NCBI GenBank assembly: GCA_001430755.1
Contig: CP013062.1
Location: 660,001 to 692,000, forward strand
DNA: 32,000 nucleotides
Source: Candidatus Peribacter riflensis
GTDB lineage: Bacteria > Patescibacteriota > Gracilibacteria > Peribacterales > Peribacteraceae
Direction: 5' to 3'
Made by a program: the position numbers and the translations under genes. The notes beneath the pieces are model-generated. The model was not told where the DNA came from. It did not search any database and saw nothing but the letters and a program-made list of their open reading frames with translations. Shown piece after piece: positions 15,591-23,933 of this stretch (positions within the stretch are counted from its first letter, which is position 1; each line of letters opens with the position of its first letter).

Positions 15591-16355
15591 TTACGAAGGT
15601 AATTGGAAAAACTCCAACGCATTGTGCGTGGTAATGCGATCCGCCTCTTCCAATGAAAGCTGCTTGATCTTGGCAACGAGCCTGGCCACTTCTTGGACGA
15701 ACGCGGGTTCGTTCCTTTTGCCGCGATACGGCACGGGAGACAGATACGGCGCGTCGGTCTCCACCATCATCTGTTCCACGGGGCACTCCCCGATCACGCG
15801 ACGGATTCCCTCCGCATGCGGATACGTGGCGATGCCGGTGAAGGAGAGGAACATCCCTTGGGCAACCAATTCCTTTACATCCTCCCACTCCTCCGTGCAG
15901 CAGTGCAGCACGATCTTCGTGAGATCCATTCCTTTGAAAGCGGAGCGCACATCGGCAATCGCCTCGCGGCAGTGCACAACGGCCGGCAGCTTCAGCTCAC
16001 TCGCGAGTGAAAGTTGTGCGCGAAAGACAGGGCGCTGCGCCTCGCGCGGGGAAAAGTTGTAGTGATAGTCGAGCCCGATCTCACCGATGGCGCGCACCTT
16101 CGGGGAGGAAGCGGCCATTACACGGAGCGCATCGGTGTCAGCCGGTTTCCAGTCTTTCGCATGGTGCGGGTGCACACCCACAGTGCAGAAGATCTCTGTG
16201 TTCTTCCCCGCAATCTCCAGACACCGACGGCTCTCGGGGATGGAATCGGCAATCGTGATCATCTGTGACACGCCTGCCTCCCGCGCACGCGCAATGGTCT
16301 CGGGAAGGTCATGGGCAAACTGCTTATCGGCCAGGTGACAGTGCGTATCGATCAT
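15591..16355 (-). CDS. tatD: TatD-family metal-dependent hydrolase/DNase
   Basis: The internal ATG at 16355 gives MIDTHCHLADKQF..., with TatD-like motifs throughout (GVHPHHA, GEIGLDY, VVHCREA, ETDAPYL). Confidence 0.9.
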   Translation of the reverse strand: MIDTHCHLADKQFAHDLPETIARAREAGVSQMITIADSIPESRRCLEIAGKNTEIFCTVGVHPHHAKDWKPADTDALRVMAASSPKVRAIGEIGLDYHYNFSPREAQRPVFRAQLSLASELKLPAVVHCREAIADVRSAFKGMDLTKIVLHCCTEEWEDVKELVAQGMFLSFTGIATYPHAEGIRRVIGECPVEQMMVETDAPYLSPVPYRGKRNEPAFVQEVARLVAKIKQLSLEEADRITTHNALEFFQLPS

Positions 16356-16433
16356 GGGCGCTACTGTAGGCCGACTGGCGGCACGTAACAAAAGAGACCG
16401 GCAGAAGCCGGCCTCTCTGCTGTTTGGAGACAA

Positions 16434-16646
16434 TTACTTCCTGAGGGACTCGATCAGCACCCAAACGGCGCCCAAGCCCACGAGGATATACACGACTGCC
16501 TCGGCTGCCGGCACGGTGCCGACGACCATGCGAACCACGTTGAGGTCCCGGTTGAGGAACACACCGACGCCGATGAGTCCCCAGTTGAGAGCACCGACGA
16601 CCGTAAGGACACCGGCGACCATTCCGAGGAAGGATTTGCCGAACAT
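16434..16646 (-). CDS. DUF378-family small membrane protein
   Basis: 70 aa with two TM helices and the signature GALNWGLIG. Confidence 0.75.
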   Translation of the reverse strand: MFGKSFLGMVAGVLTVVGALNWGLIGVGVFLNRDLNVVRMVVGTVPAAEAVVYILVGLGAVWVLIESLRK

Positions 16647-17050
16647 AGGAGGGAGGAGGAAAGAAGTAAGATTGTCTATGAGTCTAGCAAACTCTCGCGA
16701 GCCAATATGATGGCAGAAACGAATTTCAAAGATTCGTCATCTTCATTCATTCCCATGGAGTTTGGTACGATTGGAGCATGATCATACGCATTGCAGACCT
16801 CACAGTTGACCGAAGTGAAGAATGGGACACGCATGAAGACGAAGCAGAAGCGGGCCAGGCACGCATACGCCGGCGCATCACTGCCCTGCGCGGTGAGACG
16901 AGGGAAAAGGCTGATCCTCCCGGCGCAGATGAGGAGCAGCCCTGGCAATCCGCTATCCGCGAGGAACTCGGCGTCGACTAAAGAAGACAGCGCCTCGACG
17001 TGAAATGCCCGGAGAAGTAGCCTACAATGCCGCCGCTCTTTGTGGATTAT

Positions 17051-17126
17051 GGGTCAGTAGCTCAGTTGGTAGAGCAGTGCCCTTTTAAGGCATTGGTCGT
17101 GGGTTCGAATCCCACCTGACCCACCA
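17051..17126 (+). tRNA. tRNA-Lys (anticodon TTT), CCA encoded
   Basis: GGGTCAG-TA-GCTC-AGTTGGTA-GAGC-A-GTGCC-CTTTTAA-GGCAT-TGGTC-GTGGG-TTCGAAT-CCCAC-CTGACCC-A-CCA. Confidence 0.95.
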
Positions 17127-17152
17127 TTCGACTCGGCCCGTTGGGCCTCGCT

Positions 17153-17197
17153 CATGGTCTGCGTCCCGCATATGCGGGACTACGACCATCTTTTTCG
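17153..17197 (+). terminator. Rho-independent terminator after tRNA-Lys
   Basis: ATGGTC-tgc-GTCCCGC-atat-GCGGGAC-tac-GACCAT forms a two-tier stem, followed by CTTTTTC. Confidence 0.65.
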
Positions 17198-17315
17198 TGC
17201 AAGCAGAATGTCCCGAGCAAATGAGCAAAGCGAGTCGAAGGGCCGCGAACACTTGCCGCACTTCGCTTAAAGAAAGCGCAACACTCATACAACAGCACAT
17301 GTACAATGCTGGCCA

Positions 17316-18491
17316 ATGAAAGTCGCTCTCGTCCATGAGTTGCTCACCATGAAAGGCGGTGCCGAGAAGGTACTGAGAATTCTTGCTGCGATGTTTCCCG
17401 ACGCGCCCATCTACACGCTGCTCTATGACGAAAAGAAGCTCGGAGAGTGGTTCCCGAAGGAGCGAGTCCAGACGAGCGCAGTGCAGAACTCCCTCCTGCA
17501 TGCTACGTACTCCGTGCTTGAAAAAGCCAACAACCACCACCTCTACCTCTCGCACTTCCCCGCTGCAGTCGAGGCGTGGGATTTCTCCGATTTCGATCTG
17601 GTGATCTCGAGCTCCTCGGCCTTCGCGCACGGCATCATCACGAACGGAAAACCCAGGCACCTCTGCTACGTCCACTCCCCTGCCCGCTACCTGTGGGATC
17701 GGACACACGACGTGCTGGAGCGTGCGGGCCACGGAATCCTCGGTCCCCTCCGCAGGAAATTTCTCGAACGCACTTTTCACAAGTTGCGCATCTGGGATAG
17801 CGAAGCAGCCGACCGTCCGGATCACCTCATCGCTGCTTCAAAGGAAGTGCAGCGCCGGATTGAGCTCTATTGGAGACGGGAATCCAATGTGATTTATCCG
17901 TCGGTCGATGACTTCTGGTTCGCAACAAACCCTCACTCCACTCCTCACCCTCACCCTACCCCTCACCCTACCCCTAACCCTCACCCTAACCCTACCCCCT
18001 ACGCCCTCGTCGTCTCGACACTCGTTCCCTACAAGCGCATCGACCTCGCGATCAGAGCCTGCGAGCAGGCCAGCATCTCTTTGAAAATCGTCGGGGAAGG
18101 ACCGGCCATGACGAGCCTCAAACGCATGGCAGGGAAGAACACGGAGTTCTACGGCTACCGCCAATCAGACGAGCTCAAAGATCTCTACCGTTCGGCGAAG
18201 CTCACCATCGTGCCTGGCGAGGAGGATTTTAACCTGGTGGCCTTGGAATCGATGGCCTGTGGCACGCCGGTGCTGGCCTACCGGGCAGGCGGCCCGCTCG
18301 AAACCGTCGTCGAGGGAAAAACAGGTGCGTTCTTCGATGAGCCCACAGCCGAATCACTCGCGCAGGCACTGCAAAAATTCAAGCGGAGTGATTTCGATTC
18401 AACGGCGTGTCGTGCGCAGGCAGAGGAATTCTCACGGAAAAAATTTGAAGCGCAGATCCAACACGCCATTCAAAGTGTGATGGAAAAGTAA
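17316..18491 (+). CDS. GT4-family (group 1) glycosyltransferase with a low-complexity interdomain insert
   Basis: N-terminus MKVALVHELLTMKGGAEKV and the C-terminal EX7E region EEDFNLVALESMACGTPVLAYRAGGPLETV. Confidence 0.85.
   Translation: MKVALVHELLTMKGGAEKVLRILAAMFPDAPIYTLLYDEKKLGEWFPKERVQTSAVQNSLLHATYSVLEKANNHHLYLSHFPAAVEAWDFSDFDLVISSSSAFAHGIITNGKPRHLCYVHSPARYLWDRTHDVLERAGHGILGPLRRKFLERTFHKLRIWDSEAADRPDHLIAASKEVQRRIELYWRRESNVIYPSVDDFWFATNPHSTPHPHPTPHPTPNPHPNPTPYALVVSTLVPYKRIDLAIRACEQASISLKIVGEGPAMTSLKRMAGKNTEFYGYRQSDELKDLYRSAKLTIVPGEEDFNLVALESMACGTPVLAYRAGGPLETVVEGKTGAFFDEPTAESLAQALQKFKRSDFDSTACRAQAEEFSRKKFEAQIQHAIQSVMEK
17930..18000. repeat. Hexanucleotide CCCTNN tandem repeat inside the glycosyltransferase CDS
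   Basis: An uninterrupted run of eight CCCTNN units (CCCTCA, CCCTAC, CCCTAA), flanked by degenerate ones, encodes PHPHPTPHPTPNPHPNPTP. The complementary strand is a run of GGG tracts with 3-nt spacers. Confidence 0.85.
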
Positions 18492-18563
18492 AAAACAGAA
18501 CAACATACAGAAACAAACAAAACAACATACGGGATGGGGCGCGACACGGGAGGTGAAGGGGAA

Positions 18564-18632
18564 GGCCCTGCCTACTCGTGCTGACGAGTCGGATCCGAAT
18601 CCTTGGAGGATCCGATGAGGAAGCCCAGGGCC
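18564..18632. other. Nested multi-hairpin element in the convergent intergenic region (candidate structured RNA or terminator stack)
   Basis: GGCCCTG (18564-18570) pairs with CAGGGCC (18626-18632). This stem encloses the hairpins CTCGT-gctg-ACGAG (18575-18588) and TCGGATCC...GGATCCGA (18589-18615). Confidence 0.35.
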
Positions 18633-18664
18633 GAGCGGAGTGGGCGTTGGCGCGCCAGCGTTTT

Positions 18665-18727
18665 GCCCGCCCGAACGTACCGTCGTTCGGTACGGGCGGG
18701 GCTCCACCTTTGTCGCCACAAAGGTGG
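18665..18727. terminator. Two strong hairpins next to the ruvB stop codon
   Basis: GCCCGCCCGAACGTACCG...CGGTACGGGCGGGGC (18665-18702) has the same termini as the hairpins inside the tRNA-like units. CCACCTTTGT-cgcc-ACAAAGGTGG lies at 18704-18727. Neither is followed by a T-run. Confidence 0.45.
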
Positions 18728-18732
18728 AATAA

Positions 18733-19782
18733 TCATCCAACAAATAAATTCTTCTGCGCACTCTCCGGCATGCTGATTCCGAGCAGGCTATACGCGTGGG
18801 GTGTTGCCACGCGCCCCTTGGGCGTGCGCTGCAAGTAGCCCTGCTGGAGCAGGTACGGTTCGTACACATCCTCCAGTGTCTCCTCTTCTTCGGCAGTCGC
18901 CGCCGCGAGAGTGGAGACACCCACCGGCCCGCCCTGAAACTTTTCGATGATGGCCTGCAGGATCGCGCGGTCGGTGCGGTCCAAGCCCCGGTCATCGATG
19001 CCCAATGCTTCCAGCGTCTCGCGCACGCGCTCCAATGACACGTCTTTCTCGCCCTTCACCTGCGCGAAATCGCGGATGGCGCGGACGAGGCGATTACTGA
19101 TGCGCGGTGTGGCACGGCTGGAGCTGCCGATGAGATCGGCTGCCCCGTCTTCCAGCGCGACATGAAGAATGCGCGCGGACCGGAGCACGATCTGCTCCAT
19201 CTCGGGCAGGGTGTAGAACGAGAGCTTGAAGTTGTGAATGAAGCGGTCACGGAGCGGTGCGGATACGGAACCGGCCTTCGTGGTCGCCCCGATGAGCGTG
19301 AAGGGCTTTAAAGTGAGGCGCATGGAGCGCGCAGAGGGCCCTTTGCCGATCACGAGATCTAGAGCGTAATCCTCCATGGCGCTGTAGAGCACCTCTTCGA
19401 TCACAGGTTTCAGACGGTGGATCTCGTCGATGAAGAGCACATCGCCCTGCTGCAGATTCGTGAGCATGGAGGCAAGATCCCCCGGCTTCTCGATGGCGGG
19501 ACCGCTCGTGATACGGATTTGTGCGCCCATCTCGTGGGCCAGAATGTGCGCGAGCGTGGTCTTGCCGAGCCCCGGTGATCCGTGGAGCAGAGTGTGACCG
19601 AGAGGTTCTGCACGGGTCTTGGCCGCAGCGATGTGGACGAGCAGATGTCCCTTGATGTCGCTCTGCCCCACGTACTCGGCAATCGTCTTCGGCCGCAAGG
19701 TCTGCTCAAAGGTATCGCCCTCGCGGGCGGTCTTCGTCGGCGTGGCAGCGGAGGTATGCCTCTTGTGATGCGCTAATGCCAT
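18733..19782 (-). CDS. ruvB: Holliday junction branch-migration helicase RuvB
   Basis: LRPKTIAEYVGQ...LLHGSPGLGKTTLA (Walker A) and VLFIDEIHRL (Walker B). The start at 19782 is preceded by TGCTATCCT plus 8 nt. The ORF track start at 19875 is less likely. Confidence 0.9.
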   Translation of the reverse strand: MALAHHKRHTSAATPTKTAREGDTFEQTLRPKTIAEYVGQSDIKGHLLVHIAAAKTRAEPLGHTLLHGSPGLGKTTLAHILAHEMGAQIRITSGPAIEKPGDLASMLTNLQQGDVLFIDEIHRLKPVIEEVLYSAMEDYALDLVIGKGPSARSMRLTLKPFTLIGATTKAGSVSAPLRDRFIHNFKLSFYTLPEMEQIVLRSARILHVALEDGAADLIGSSSRATPRISNRLVRAIRDFAQVKGEKDVSLERVRETLEALGIDDRGLDRTDRAILQAIIEKFQGGPVGVSTLAAATAEEEETLEDVYEPYLLQQGYLQRTPKGRVATPHAYSLLGISMPESAQKNLFVG

Positions 19783-19912
19783 TGGCTCAGAGGATAGCAC
19801 ACATTCCTGAGTGATTTTTGTCCTCTCCATGGGCCCCAATTCCGCTGACAAATCGCCAAGCGATAAATCGTACAATCGCCAATCAGTCTTGCGCTACACT
19901 ACCTCACAGTCG

Positions 19913-20632
19913 ATGCAACATTCTTCCCTCCTGCTCACCGGCGGATTCCTGCTCGCAACTCTCGCGTTCGGCGCGGCAGATGCGCTCCTCGTCGAGCCTT
20001 TTCCCGTCGTCCCCGCAGAACAGGAATCTTCTTCCTCCGTGAGCGAAGTTCCGGCGGAGCCGGTGCCCCCATCCCCGGAAGAAACCCCGCCCCCCTCCCC
20101 CGAGGAATCGTCGACCCCTCTGCCAGAGACACCGATGCCCGAACCTGTGGAAATCACTCCCCCTCCTGAGCCATCTGCTGAGCCTCCTCCCGAAGGGGCT
20201 GTCGCCAAGCGATCGGGTATCGACACACTGGGCATCGTGACGAATCAGGGATTCACCGCAGAAGAGACGACGCAGAAAAGCCTGCTTTCAGCCATCGTGC
20301 AAGATCCGTCACAGGTGACGACACGCGTCCTCCTGCTCGAAGGCGACCGGGCAGGCCTCCTCGCCTGGATCGAAACCTCGAACGTCAAACAGGTCTTCCT
20401 CGTGCTGAAAGAATCCCTGCACACGCTCTTCTCGCCCGAAGTGCGCGATCTGCTGGATGAAATCCAGGCACCCGCGGGCAAGCCGATCCGCAACTTCCTC
20501 ACCTTCTTCGACCCGCAACTGAGTGAGGAGCGGTTCGTCTTCATCCGCATCCGGGAGCGGCTCTACGAGTTCCACATCGCCCCCGGAAAAGACGAAGCCA
20601 TGTACAGATTGGTGGAGGAGCTGACGGAGTAG
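19913..20632 (+). CDS. Secreted or anchored protein with a Pro/Glu-rich spacer, function unknown
   Basis: The internal ATG at 19913 gives [24 protein letters not shown] (signal-like). A PE-rich low-complexity region follows, then a globular C-terminal domain of about 140 aa. Confidence 0.55.
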   Translation: MQHSSLLLTGGFLLATLAFGAADALLVEPFPVVPAEQESSSSVSEVPAEPVPPSPEETPPPSPEESSTPLPETPMPEPVEITPPPEPSAEPPPEGAVAKRSGIDTLGIVTNQGFTAEETTQKSLLSAIVQDPSQVTTRVLLLEGDRAGLLAWIETSNVKQVFLVLKESLHTLFSPEVRDLLDEIQAPAGKPIRNFLTFFDPQLSEERFVFIRIRERLYEFHIAPGKDEAMYRLVEELTE

Positions 20633-20694
20633 GGAACTCGGGAAATCGGGAACTAGGAAATTTGAAATAATTGATTTCTCCGAGTTCCCTACTC
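20627..20694 (+). terminator. Long hairpin overlapping the stop codon of the upstream gene
   Basis: GAGTAGGGAACTCGG (20627-20641) is perfectly complementary to CCGAGTTCCCTACTC (20680-20694). The stem extends through GAAATC/GATTTC. The 5' arm and loop contain GGGAAnTCGGGAA-type repeats like those at 367-390. Confidence 0.55.
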
Positions 20695-20730
20695 CCCTAC
20701 TTCCCGAACCCTTTTTGCTTCCCTTCTTTA

Positions 20731-20759
20731 TTGACGTCACAAACCTCAACACTTACAGT
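20731..20759 (+). promoter_or_regulatory. Sigma-70-type promoter of rplK
   Basis: TTGACG (20731-20736), a 17-nt spacer, TACAGT (20754-20759), then 9 nt to the ATG at 20769. Confidence 0.5.
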
Positions 20760-20768
20760 ACCGCGGCT

Positions 20769-21191
20769 ATGGCGAAACAGGTCGCAAAGGTCATCAAGGC
20801 TCAGGCACGCGGTGGACAGGCTAATCCTGCCCCCCCCCTTGGCCCCGTGCTCGGACAGGCCGGCATCAACATCCAGGAGTTCTGCACGAAGTTCAACGAT
20901 AAGACGAAGAGCCGGATGGGCCAGGTCGTGCCGGTGGTCATCAAGGTCTACACCGACCGCAGCTTCTCGTTCGAACTCAAGCAATCGCCCGCATCCGCCC
21001 TCATTCTGGAGCGCGCAAAGATCGAAAAAGGCAGCGGCGAACCCAACAAGAATAAAGTGGGCTCCCTCACGAAAGCACAGGTGAAAGAGATCGCCGAAGT
21101 GAAGATGCCAGATCTGAATACGAAAGATCTGGAAGCCGCAATGCGCGTGATCGCCGGGACGGCTCGCAGCATGGGAGTGACCGTCGAATAA
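20769..21191 (+). CDS. rplK: 50S ribosomal protein L11
   Basis: [43 protein letters not shown] is a canonical L11 N-terminus. Confidence 0.95.
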   Translation: MAKQVAKVIKAQARGGQANPAPPLGPVLGQAGINIQEFCTKFNDKTKSRMGQVVPVVIKVYTDRSFSFELKQSPASALILERAKIEKGSGEPNKNKVGSLTKAQVKEIAEVKMPDLNTKDLEAAMRVIAGTARSMGVTVE

Positions 21192-21220
21192 GCGAAGGAA
21201 AACACCGTCCGTGTCACGCC

Positions 21221-21964
21221 ATGATCATGGTTAGATCATTGCTTTCGCCATTCCGCAATGGATTTCTCGTGCGAATGGCACTTCGGGGCCGTAAGCTTCG
21301 TGGGATTCCTCCCCCTGCACCCATGAACGCCGCTTCCCCGCTCACGTTCTTCCTGAGTCCGATCGGAGTGTTCTACTCCGTAACGGTTCCTTTCCTGCTC
21401 CTGCTCATCTTCTCGCTCATCATCCTCGCGAGTGCCTCGGTGCCGGGTGCGAAGACAGGCAAGGTGGCCCTGGCTGCCTTCCACTACATCATGCAGGGCG
21501 TCGGCATCGTGCTCATGACCATAGGGGCAATCCCCACGCTCGTGAGCGTACTCGGTGGCCCTCCGTACCCCGGACGCATCTACATGAGTTTGCTCTGGGT
21601 CTTCCTCGCCGGAGGAGCGCTCTTCCTGTGGCATGAACAGTGCACGCAGAAAATCGAGCGCGCGTCGGTGGCCGTCGTGCATGCCCTCTTCGTCACCACC
21701 GTGAAGACGATTGGATACGCCGTCTCCCTCTTCTCGGCCCTCGCCCTCCTCATTACCATCGCCCTGGGTCAGTACCGCCCAAACTGGTGGGTGTCGCCGG
21801 TGATCCTCTTCCTCTTCGGCGTGCTGCTCTTCTGGAGCGCCAAAGAGAGTGATGCCGCAGAACCCTCCTTTCAGTCCGCTGCGCTCCACCCGGCCCACAA
21901 AGGCCACAAGAAGACCAAGAGTCGCGGCTGGTTCGGCTTTCGTCTCTTCGGCAGGCGCGCCTAG
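21221..21964 (+). CDS. Polytopic membrane protein of unknown function lying between rplK and rplA
   Basis: 247-aa ORF with 6-7 hydrophobic segments and a basic C-terminal tail. The start is uncertain (21221, 21275 or 21323). The antisense 331-aa ORF looks like a GC artefact. Confidence 0.55.
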   Translation: MIMVRSLLSPFRNGFLVRMALRGRKLRGIPPPAPMNAASPLTFFLSPIGVFYSVTVPFLLLLIFSLIILASASVPGAKTGKVALAAFHYIMQGVGIVLMTIGAIPTLVSVLGGPPYPGRIYMSLLWVFLAGGALFLWHEQCTQKIERASVAVVHALFVTTVKTIGYAVSLFSALALLITIALGQYRPNWWVSPVILFLFGVLLFWSAKESDAAEPSFQSAALHPAHKGHKKTKSRGWFGFRLFGRRA

Positions 21965-21988
21965 GATGAAACCGCATGCCTTCCACTC

Positions 21989-22023
21989 CTTCTCTCCCCC
22001 TTGGGGAGAGACCGAGTGAGGAG
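21989..22023 (+). repeat. Hairpin plus GTGAGG short repeat, copy C
   Basis: CTTCTCTCCCCCTTGGGGAGAGACCGAGTGAGG matches copy B (9995-10026) except for one extra C. Confidence 0.65.
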
Positions 22024-22157
22024 AGTGCCCGTAGAGGCAGGGAGAATAGGGACAAAATCGGTTGCAGACGGGTTCTGCCGTAGGCACACTGTGCTCACTT
22101 TTTAGAGGGAGTCCCTCGGCTACGCTCGGGACGCCTGCACCTCTTCCCCTCCCTATC

Positions 22158-22859
22158 ATGACCAGCAAACGCAGTCCTCTCGCCCGACGCCATGGTAAGA
22201 AGTATGCCGAGCGCGTTGCCCTGCTCACCAAATCCCGCTATCCGCTCGCGGAGGCGATGGAACTTTTGCCGAAACTCTCGACGGTCTCGTTCGATGCGAC
22301 GGCGGAAGTGCACATCCGCATCAATGCCGACACGACACAGGCCGACCAGCTCGTCCGCACGACCGTCGCCCTCCCCCACGGCACCGGCCGGAGCGTGCGC
22401 GTGGCCGCCTTCGTGCCCGATGATCGTATCGCCGAGGCAAAGAAAGCCGGTGCGGACCTGGCCGGAAAGGAAGACCTCATCGCGCAGATCGAGAAGGGAG
22501 TGATCGACTTCGACATCGCCGTCGCCGCACCCGAAGTGATGAAGGACCTGGGCAAGATCGCCAAGACCCTCGGTCAGAAAGGCCTGATGCCGAATCCCAA
22601 GTCCGGCACCGTCACGACGAACGTGGCCAAGACGATTGCAGAGCTCAAGAAGGGGCGTATCGAGTGCAAAATGGATAAGCAGGGCATCATCCACGCCACA
22701 TTCGGCAAGCTCTCGTTCGGGCCGGAGAAATTGAAAGAGAACCTCGAAGCCCTGCTCCACGCCGTGAAGGAGGCTCAGCCCTCCGGCATCAAGAGCGATT
22801 ACATCGCCTCCGTTTCCGTGGCTCCGACCATGGGCCCCGGCATGAAGCTGGAGCTGTGA
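22158..22859 (+). CDS. rplA: 50S ribosomal protein L1
   Basis: The internal ATG at 22158 gives MTSKRSPLARRHGKKYAERVAL..., followed by L1 motifs (FDATAEVHIRINAD, LPHGTG, GLMPNPKSGTVT). Confidence 0.95.
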   Translation: MTSKRSPLARRHGKKYAERVALLTKSRYPLAEAMELLPKLSTVSFDATAEVHIRINADTTQADQLVRTTVALPHGTGRSVRVAAFVPDDRIAEAKKAGADLAGKEDLIAQIEKGVIDFDIAVAAPEVMKDLGKIAKTLGQKGLMPNPKSGTVTTNVAKTIAELKKGRIECKMDKQGIIHATFGKLSFGPEKLKENLEALLHAVKEAQPSGIKSDYIASVSVAPTMGPGMKLEL

Positions 22860-23843
22860 TCAGACAGCGGCAAGAATAGTGCGCACAGCATCAATCGTCT
22901 CCACACGCACCAGCCGCGCGCGAAGTTCTTTCGCCCCGTCGATGCCCCGCACGTAATTCGCCAGATGCCGGCGCATCTCGAGCATGCCGCGGCGCTCCCC
23001 TTTCGTCTTCACTGCGAGCGCACAGTGTTCAAGGATAAAAGGGATTTTCTGCGTGAACGACAGCGTGTCGTTTGTGGAATGAATCCCCTTCCCCGCAAAT
23101 GCTTCGCAGATGTCACTGCAGAGCCAGGGATTCCCAATCGTCCCGCGCCCCACCATCACGCCATCCAGATTGCCGATCCGGTCGAGGGCATCCTGCGCAG
23201 AAGCGATGTCGCCGTTCCCGATGATCGTGACTGCGGGCAGCGCCGCTTTGAGTGCGTAGATGGGGGCCCAGTCCGCACTGCCGGTGAACTTGTCGAAGAA
23301 TCTGCGTCCATGAATCGCCAGTGCCTGGGCCCCCGCTTCGACCAGACGCGTACAGAAAGGAATGAGCGTTTCTGCCGTATCCCATCCGAGACGCGTCTTC
23401 ACGCTCACGGGAATGGAGACCGCCTTGGCCGTGGCATGCACCAGCTCCGCCGCCAGATCCGGGTTACGGATGAGCGCGGAGCCGTGGCAGGAGGAAACAA
23501 CTTTTGCCGCGGGGCAGCCCATGTTGATATCGATGCCATCCGCCCCCATTTGTTCCACGACCTTCGCCGCTTCGAGAAAATGTTCCGGCTTCTTGCCGAA
23601 GATCTGCACGATGAAGGGGCGTTCGAGCGCAGGATCGAAATGCATCATCGCCATGGTTTTCTTTCCTCCGTAGGCCAGCGCATCCGTCGAGAGAAACTCG
23701 GAGTAGACGATCACCTCGGGCGCGAGCTTCTTGATGAGTTGCCGGTACGAGGCATCCGTCACACCAGCCATCGGAGCCAGCGCCACAATGGGGCGCGGGG
23801 CATCCTGCCAGCGAAAGGGAAGCAGACCTGACGTCATGAGCAT
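22860..23843 (-). CDS. tRNA-dihydrouridine synthase
   Basis: LAPMAGVTDASYRQL, DINMGCPAAKV and an FMN-binding TIM-barrel pattern. The stop codon abuts the rplA stop. Confidence 0.9.
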   Translation of the reverse strand: MLMTSGLLPFRWQDAPRPIVALAPMAGVTDASYRQLIKKLAPEVIVYSEFLSTDALAYGGKKTMAMMHFDPALERPFIVQIFGKKPEHFLEAAKVVEQMGADGIDINMGCPAAKVVSSCHGSALIRNPDLAAELVHATAKAVSIPVSVKTRLGWDTAETLIPFCTRLVEAGAQALAIHGRRFFDKFTGSADWAPIYALKAALPAVTIIGNGDIASAQDALDRIGNLDGVMVGRGTIGNPWLCSDICEAFAGKGIHSTNDTLSFTQKIPFILEHCALAVKTKGERRGMLEMRRHLANYVRGIDGAKELRARLVRVETIDAVRTILAAV

Positions 23844-23933
23844 AAGAAGAACATAGATTGCAGAGCCTGACGAGGCGACTTGCCGTCACTCTATCGCACA
23901 GAGAGCCTCTTCTGCAGCAGAATACACTGAGAT

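Noticed and set aside
17930-18000. Telomere-like CCCTAA units
   Set aside because: The units are embedded in-frame in a glycosyltransferase CDS within a chromosomal context. It is a coding microsatellite, not a replicon end.
18617-18632. GAGGAAGCCCAGGGCC resembling the RNase P RNA GAGGAAAGTCCGGGC motif or an SRP RNA helix 8 motif
   Set aside because: The intergenic region is too short for RNase P RNA. The ACAGAA-type partner lies on the wrong side, and no GNAR tetraloop or symmetric-loop pattern of SRP RNA could be aligned.
22095-22157. Possible L1 autoregulatory mRNA mimic upstream of rplA (GAGGGAGTCCCTCGGCTACGCTCGGGAC)
   Set aside because: Small alternative hairpins containing GGGAG/GGGAC are present, but I cannot align them to the L1-binding consensus from memory with any confidence.
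21236-22231. 331-aa minus-strand ORF spanning the membrane-protein gene and the rplA upstream region
   Set aside because: It is extremely R/E/G-rich with no hydrophobic core or motifs, and it overlaps the rplA start. The plus frame shows a regular TM-helix pattern.
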